A stretch of DNA of 64,000 nucleotides from Octopus sinensis. Lineage: Eukaryota. The position numbers and the translations under genes were made by a program. The stretch is taken from the NCBI RefSeq assembly GCF_006345805.1, contig NW_021834674.1, forward strand, positions 1-64,000, written 5' to 3'. Under the pieces are notes generated by a model. It was not told where the DNA came from, ran no database searches, and saw only the letters and a list, made by a program, of their open reading frames with translations. Shown here piece by piece: positions 57,226-64,000 of the stretch (positions are counted from its first letter, which is position 1; every line of letters starts with the position of its first letter).

Positions 57226-60209
57226 ATTCTTCTCCTCTTCATTTCCTCTTCATTTCTTCTTCTTCTTCCTTTTCTTCTTCTTCGTCTTCTTCTTCTTTCC
57301 TCCACCATTCCTCCTGCTCTTCCTCCTCGTCATTCTTTTTCTTCTTCCTCTCCTTCTTCTTCTTCTTCTTCTTCTTCTCCTTCTTCCGCAATTCCTCCTG
57401 CTCCTCCTCCTCGTCCTCCTTTTTCTTCTTCTTCTTCTTCTTCTTCTTCTTCTTTTCTTCTTCTTCTTCCTCCACCATTCCTCCTGCTCCTCCTCCTCGT
57501 CCATCTTCTTCTTCTTCTTCTTCTGCCTCCGCCATTCCTCATGCTCCTCCTCCTCGTCCTTCTTTTTCCTCTTCTTCTTTATCTTATTCTTCTTCTTCTT
57601 CTTCTTCTTCTTCTTCTTCTCCTTCTTCCGCAATTCCTCCTGCTCCTCCTCCTCGTCCTCCTTTTTCTTCTTCTTCTTCTTCTTATTCTCTTCTTCTTCT
57701 TCTTCTTCTTCTTCCTCCACCATTCCTCCTGCTCCTCCTCCTCGTCCATCTTCTTCTTCTTCTTCTTCTGCCTCCGCCATTCCTCATGCTCCTCCTCCTC
57801 GTCCTTCTTTTTCCTCTTCTTCTTTATCTTCTTCCTCTTCTTCTTCTTCTACTTCTTCTTTTCTTCTTCCTCCACCATTCCTCCTGCTCCTCCTCCTCGT
57901 CCTCCTTCTTCTTCTTCTTCTTCTTCCTCCGCCATTCCTCATGCTCCTCCTCCTCGTCCTTCTTCTTCTTCTTCTTCTTTTTCTTATTCTTCTTCTTCTT
58001 CTTCTTCTTCTTCTTCTTCTTCCTCCACCATTCCTCCTGCTCCTCCTCCTCGTCCTTCTTCTTCTTCTTCTTCTTTTCTTCCTCCGCCATTCCTCATGCT
58101 CCTCCTCCTCGTCCTTCTTTTTGTTCTTCTTTATCTTCTCCCTCTCCTTCTTCTTCTTCTTCTTCTGCTTCTTCTTTTCTTCTATCTTTCTTGTTCCCTC
58201 CTCCCCCTACCCCTCCTTCTTTTCTACTTCTAATGTTTTCTCTTCTCCTTCTCCGTCTTATTCTTCCTTTCTTATTGTAATTCTCTTCCCCTCCTCCTCC
58301 TTTTTCTTCTTGTAATTCTCGCCCTACCCCTCCCCATCTCCCTCCTTTTTCCTCCTTCTTCTTCTTCTCTTCCACCTCCTCCTCCTCATCATCTTTCTTT
58401 TTCTTCTTCTACTTCTTCTGCTCCTTCAACCTCCTCCTCTTCCTCCTCCTCCTTTTTCCTCCTCTTCTTTCTTCTTCTTATTCATCTTTTTTCCTTCTTC
58501 TTCTTTCTCTTCCTCTACCTATTCTTCTTCCTCTTCTTCTTGTACTTCTCATTTCTCTTCTCCTTCTTTTTCTTCCTCTTCTTCTTCTCCTTCTACTTCT
58601 CCTCCCCGTCTTCCTCCTTCTTTTTCTTATTCTTCTCTTTCATCTTTATTTTTCTTCTTCTCTTCTTCTTCTTCTACTTTGTACTTCTTCATCTACTTCT
58701 CTCTCCCTCCTCTTTCTTCTTCTTATCTTCTTTTTGTTATTCTCCTTCTCCTCCTCCACATCCTCCTTCTTCTACTTCTTCTTTTACTTCTACTTCCCCT
58801 TCATACTCCTCCTCCTTTTGTCTCCTCTTCCTCTTCTTCTTCTTCTTCTTCTTCTTCTTTTCTTCTTCTTCTTCTTCTTCTTCTTCTTCTTCTTCTACTA
58901 CTCCTACTTCTTCTTCTTCTTCTTCTTCTTCTCCTTCTTTTCCTCTTTCTTCTTCTTGTAATTCTTACTCTCCCACTCCCCCCTCATCCTCATCCTTTTT
59001 CTTCTTCTGCTTTTTCTTTACTTAATTCTACTTTCTACTTCTTCATCTACTTCTCCTCCTCCTCCTTCTTCTTCTTCTTGTCTTCTTTCTTTTTATTCTC
59101 TTCCTTCTTCTCCTTTTCCACCTCCTTCTTCATTTCTTTCTTCTTTTTCATGCTTCTTCTTCTTCTACTTCTTCTTCTTCTTCTTCTCCTTCTTCTTCTT
59201 GTTTCTCTTCTACTCCTCCTTCTTCTTCTTCTTTTTTCTTCCTCTTCTTCTTCCTCTCATCACCCTCATCCTCCTCTTTTTAATCTACTACATCTTTTTC
59301 TTTTACTCTACCCTCTGCTCCTCCTCCTATTTCCCTCCCCCTCAATGCATCTCCTTTTCCTCCCCCGTCCTCATCCTTCTTCTTTTCCTCCCCTCCTCCT
59401 CCAACTCCTCCTTTTTCTACTGCTTCTCCCCCTCTTCTTCCTTGTCTTCTCCTTTTCCCCTTCCCCCTTCACCACTTCTTCTTCGGATTCTACTTCTCCT
59501 TAATCTCTTTCCTCTTCCTCTCTTCTTCTTCTTCCTCTTCTTCTTGTACTTCTCATTTCTCTTCTCCTTCTTTTTCTTCCTCTTCTTGTTTCTCTTCTAC
59601 TCCTCCTTCTTCTTTTTCTTATTCTTCTCTTTCATCTTTATTTTTCTTCTTCTTCTTCTTCTTCTACTTTGTACTTCTTCATCTACTTCTCTCTCCCTCC
59701 TCTTTCTTCTTCTTATCTTCTTTTTGTTATTCTCCTTCTCCTCCTCCACATCCTCCTTCTTCTACTTCTTCTTTTACTTCTACTTCCCCTTCATACTCCT
59801 CCTCCTTTTGTCTCCTCTTCCTCCTTCTTCTTCTTCTTTTCTTCTTTTTCTTCGACGTCTTTTTTCCTTCTTCTTCTTTCTTCTTCTTCTACTACTCCTA
59901 CTTCTTCTTCTCTTCTTTCTTCTTCTTCTTCTTCTTTTCTTTTTCTTCTTCTTCTTCTTCTCTTCCACCTCCTCCTCCTCATCATCTTTCTTTTTCTTCT
60001 TCTGCTTTTATTTACTTAATTCTACTTTCTACCTCTTCATCTACTTCTCCTCCTCCTCCTTCTTCTTCTAATTGTCTTCTTTCTTTTTATTCTCTTCCTT
60101 CTTCTCCTTTTCCACCTCCTTCTTCATTTCTTTCTTCTTTTTCATGCTTCTTCTTCTTATACTTCTTCTTCTTCTTATTCTTCTTCTTCTTCTTTTTTTC
60201 TTCTTCTTC

Positions 60210-60241
<32 letters not shown>

Positions 60242-63135
60242 CTTCCTCTCATCACCCTCATCCTCCTCTTTTTAATCTACTACATCTTTTTCTTTTACTC
60301 TACCCTCTGCTCCTCCTCCTATTTCCCTCCCCCTCAATGCATCTCCTTTTCCTCCCCCGTCCTCATCCTTCTTCTTTTCCTCCCCTCCTCCTCCAACTCC
60401 TCCTTTTTCTACTGCTTCTTCCCCTCTTCTTCCTTGTCTTCTCCTTTTCCCCTTCCCCCTTCACCACTTCTTCTTCGGATTCTACTTCTCCTTAATCTCT
60501 TTCCTCTTCCTCTCTTCTATTATTTTCCTATAATAAGTTTTAGCTACTATATTGTTTCACGTTGTTCTGTTGATTCTGTGGTACCGTGTGGTTATTTATA
60601 CATACTTCCACCGAAATAAATGTTTTGTTATATTTGTTGTAGTCTTTGTTGTTGTTGTTCTTCTTCTTCTTGTTCTTCTTCTTCTTTTTCTTCTTCTTCT
60701 TCTTCTTCTTCTTCTTTTTCTTCTTTTTCTCCTTCTTCATCTTCTTCTTCTTCTTCTTCTTCTTCTTCTTCTTCTTCGTCTCCTTCTACTTCTTCTTCTT
60801 CTTCTTCTACTTCTTCTTCTTCTCCTTCTTCTTCTTCTTTTTCTCCTCCTCTACTTCCTCTTCTTGTTTCTTTCTTGTTCTTCTTCTTCTATTTCTCCTT
60901 CTTCATCTTCTTTTTCTTCTTTTCTTCTTCTCTTTCTTGTTCTTATTCTTCTACTTCTACTTCCACTCCTTCTTCTTCTTTTTCTTCTCCTCTACTTCCT
61001 CTTCTTGTTTCCTTCTTCTTCTTCTATTTTTCTTCTTCTTCTTCTTCTATTTCTTCTTCTTCTTCTTCTTCTTCCTTCTTCTTCTTCCCTTATTCGTCAT
61101 ATTACCATATAAATTCCTTCTTTACATAATGAACATTATTCAATATTTCGTCGCAATTACATACGATGTGAAACTAAGCAACGTTTCTTCCTGCTTCATA
61201 TATCTTCTGAACGATGACATTTTTTCGCATTTCCTTAATATATCGACGAATCAACTACTGGACTCTATTCATGATATATCTCTTTGAATGTGTCTGGACA
61301 TGACAACGACTGGCAGTTATTTATCCGCATTGTCGTTAGATTAATTTCTTCTTCTTCTCCTTCTTCTACTTCTTTTTCTTTTCTCTTCTTCTTCTTCTTT
61401 TTTTTCTTTTTCTTCTTCTTCTCCTTCTTCTTCTTCTTCTTCTTTTTCTTCTTCTTTATCTTCTTCTTCTTCATTTCTTCTAATCTTCTTTTCTCTTCCA
61501 CTTCTCCTTCATTTTCTTCTTGTAATTCTCTTCCTCCTCCTCTTCTTCCCCTCCCCCACCTTTTTCTTCTTGTAATTCTTATCCCCCTCCCCCTTCCCAT
61601 CCTGTTCCTTTTTCACCTTCCTCTTCTTCTCCTTCTTTTTCTCCTCCTTCTTCTTCTTATTATTATTCTTCTACATCTTCTCCTTCTTCTCCTCCACCTT
61701 TTTCTTCTTTTTCTTCTACTCCTCCTCGTCTTACTCCTCCTTTCTTTTTCTTCATCTTCTTCTTCTTATTATTATTATTATTCTCCTTCTTCTTCTTCTT
61801 CTTTTTCTTCTTTTCTTCTCCTTCTACTTCTTCTCCCCCTCCTCCTCGTCCTCCTCCTCCTTCTTCCTCTTCTAATTGTTTTTCTTCTTCTTGTTCTTCT
61901 TGTTCTTCTTTATTTTCTTTATTTATTTCTCTTCCACCTCCTCTCCACCCCTCCTCCTCCTTTTTCTTCTTGTAATTCTCCTCCTCCCCCTCCCCTCCTG
62001 CTCCTTTTCTCTCCTTCTTCTTCTTCTCCTCGTCCTCCTTCATTTTCTTTTTCTTCTTCTCTCTTTTCAATATATTTTGTTCTATTTCTTTTTCTTCTTC
62101 TTTTTCTCCTTCTTCTTCTTCTTCTTCTTCATCTTAAACTTCTTCTTCTTCTTCTCCTTCTCTTTCTTCTTTATCCTCTTATTCTTCGTCCTCTCGCCTG
62201 CTGCTCCTTCTCTTTCTTCTTCTTATTCTTATTCTTATTCTCTTCCTTCGTCTTCTACCTCTCCTCCTCGTCCTCCTTCTTATTAATTTTTTCTTCTTCT
62301 TCTTCTGCTTCTTCTTCTTCCTCCTCTTCTTGTTTTTCTTCTACTCCTACTTCTACCACTTTATCCTCCTCCTCCTTTTTCCCCTTCCTTCTACTTCTAT
62401 TCCTTTTTTTCCCCTTGTTTTTCTAGTTCTTCTAATTCTTCTTCTTCTTCTTCTACTTCTCCTCCTCGTTTTCCTCCTTCTTATTCTTCTTCTCTTTCGT
62501 CTACTTTCTTTTTTTTCTTTTTCTACTTCTTTATGTACTTCTCCTCCTACATTTTTCTTCTTCTTATCTTCTTCTTTTTGTTATTCTCCTTCTCCTCCTC
62601 CTCTTTCATTTCTTCTTCTTTTTCTTCTACTTCTTATTCTTCACTTTCATTCTCCTCCTCCTTTTTCGTCCTCTTCCACCTTTTTCTTCTTTTCTTCTCC
62701 TTCTTCTCCTTCTGCTTCTTCTTATTGTTCTTCTCCTCCTCCTCCTACTTCTTCTTCTTCTTGTTGCAATTCTTCTTCTTCCCCTCTACCTCCTCATCCT
62801 CCTTCTTTTTCTTTTTCTTCTTCTTCATCTACTTCTCCTCTTCCACTTCCTATTTCTTCTTCTTATCTTCTTCTTTTTATTATTCTCCTCCTTCTCCTTC
62901 TCCTTCTTCTTCTTTTTCTTCTTATCCTAGTTCTTCCTCCCTTTTATCCTCCTCCTCCTCCTTTTCCTCCTAATCCTTATTCTTCTTCTTTTTCTTCCTC
63001 TTCTTTTTCTTCTTCTCCATTCTTCTTCTTCTAATTATTCTTCTTCTTCTTTTCTTCCTCTTCGCCTTCTCCTCCTCTTTCTTCTTCTTCTTCATGTTTT
63101 TCTTCTTCTTCGTTATCTTTCTTCTTTTTCTTCCT
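57225..63135 (+). repeat. ~6 kb polypyrimidine (CTT/CCT-type) low-complexity tract with higher-order repeats
   Basis: Almost pure C/T. Recurring ttcctcc(a/g)ccattcctc(c/a)tgctcctcctcctcgtcc at 57.3-58.1 kb, a ~1 kb internal duplication (58535 vs 59541), and short unique islands at ~60520-60640 and ~61095-61345. Confidence 0.95.
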
Positions 63136-63217
63136 TTCATTCTGAAGTCACAGTTTCTGGTGTTTTCTCACAAATATTTTCCATATAATCTATTTTACTC
63201 TTTCTTTACTGCTATAG

Positions 63218-63289
63218 ATCTCTGTTCAAGAACAAGATTTCAACCATCAAAGAAGGTGCATTTACGGGGCTTTCAAATTTAAAAGAATT
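63218..63289 (+). CDS. 72-bp single-LRR exon, cassette 2: (L)SLFKNKISTIKEGAFTGLSNLKE(L)
   Basis: Same acceptor and donor context as 56224-56295, phase 2-2, 24 codons. Confidence 0.92.
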
Positions 63290-64000
63290 GTAAGTTCCTT
63301 CGGTTTCTTGATACTATTTTCCGAAAGTAATAATTGATGCTGATATATAAGCTCACAAATGTATAAAATTTCAGACTGCGCCAAACAAAATCAATTCGAA
63401 TTTGTAGAATGAACACGATTTAGGGAGATAAAAAGAGAATAGGAGAGATTGAGACAATGTGAAAGAAAGAGAGAGAATTTGAGAGAGAAAATGAAATAAT
63501 AGGAAAAATATAATGTTCCTTTATTGTAGTTGCTTTGTTTCAATTCGCATCTCAATAACTCAGTTTTGTTCCACAAATTTCAATGATTTTGATATGAATT
63601 TGTATTAGAAATGGTAACCTTTGTGAGTTTACATGTTTGCATCAAATATTTTAAGCTGAAGTATATGTGTATGTTCATATATAAGTGTAGTTCTGTGTGA
63701 AATGTGACTATATCATTCCTTTATTTTATATTTTACATCCTCCTCCATTTCTTATTTCAATATTCTCCTTCGTGTTTCGATATTATCATTCAAAATCGAA
63801 TTTTGTCATTCACTTCACGTTATTTATGTAATAGAGCAATTGAAGTGGAAGCGGAAAATATATATTCGAATAATATAGTCACATACGTTCTATCTGTAAA
63901 CCTGAAATACTTACTGTACTTGTAAGCTGGAATATTTGGCCTGATACAATTAAAATGCTGATATATTTCTTGTAAGCGTGTGTTTTCTAATATTCTTGTG

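Noticed and set aside
61215-61290. Additional LRR exon (LNISTNQL)
   Set aside because: No AG acceptor or GT donor at 72-bp spacing, and the rest of the repeat consensus is missing.
57135-63034. Long ORFs (up to 381 aa; poly-S/L/F or poly-E/K)
   Set aside because: Stop-free translations of the CT tract; intronic to the LRR gene.

Overview
AT-rich, microsatellite-laden eukaryotic DNA. The tRNA-derived SINE families look like those of Octopus (cephalopod origin is inferred from recognition, not from a search). No rRNA, true tRNA, CRISPR or bacterial operon is present, and most ORFs in the track are microsatellite translations. Layout: (1) 1-10.55 kb is a very AT-rich Penelope-like retroelement (Naiad-type RT plus C-terminal GIY-YIG, frameshifted). 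It has two pseudo-LTRs that each carry a minimal hammerhead ribozyme, a ~5 kb G/T-skewed tandem-repeat 3' region, and a ~1.9 kb inverted arm. (2) 10.7-20.7 kb holds a CR1-type LINE, a hAT relic, MITEs and SINEs; the LINE and the hAT relic sit in (TA)n runs of one small host repeat. (3) 21-45.3 kb is a mosaic ~3 kb segmental tandem array plus (AAT)n arrays carrying R4/Dong-like LINE tails. (4) 45.3-52.2 kb has a Charlie/Buster-type hAT split by a solo LTR, and a mariner relic. (5) 52.5-64 kb is the 5' part of a host signal-peptide LRR gene: a signal peptide + LRRNT exon, then two 72-bp single-LRR exons duplicated with their introns across a ~6 kb polypyrimidine tract. The two LRR exons differ almost only at concave-face residues. 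The most interesting candidates are this diversifying LRR exon-cassette array and the ribozyme-bearing, permuted Penelope-like element. Indel-rich repeat copies suggest some consensus error, so frameshifts and copy numbers need read-level checks.
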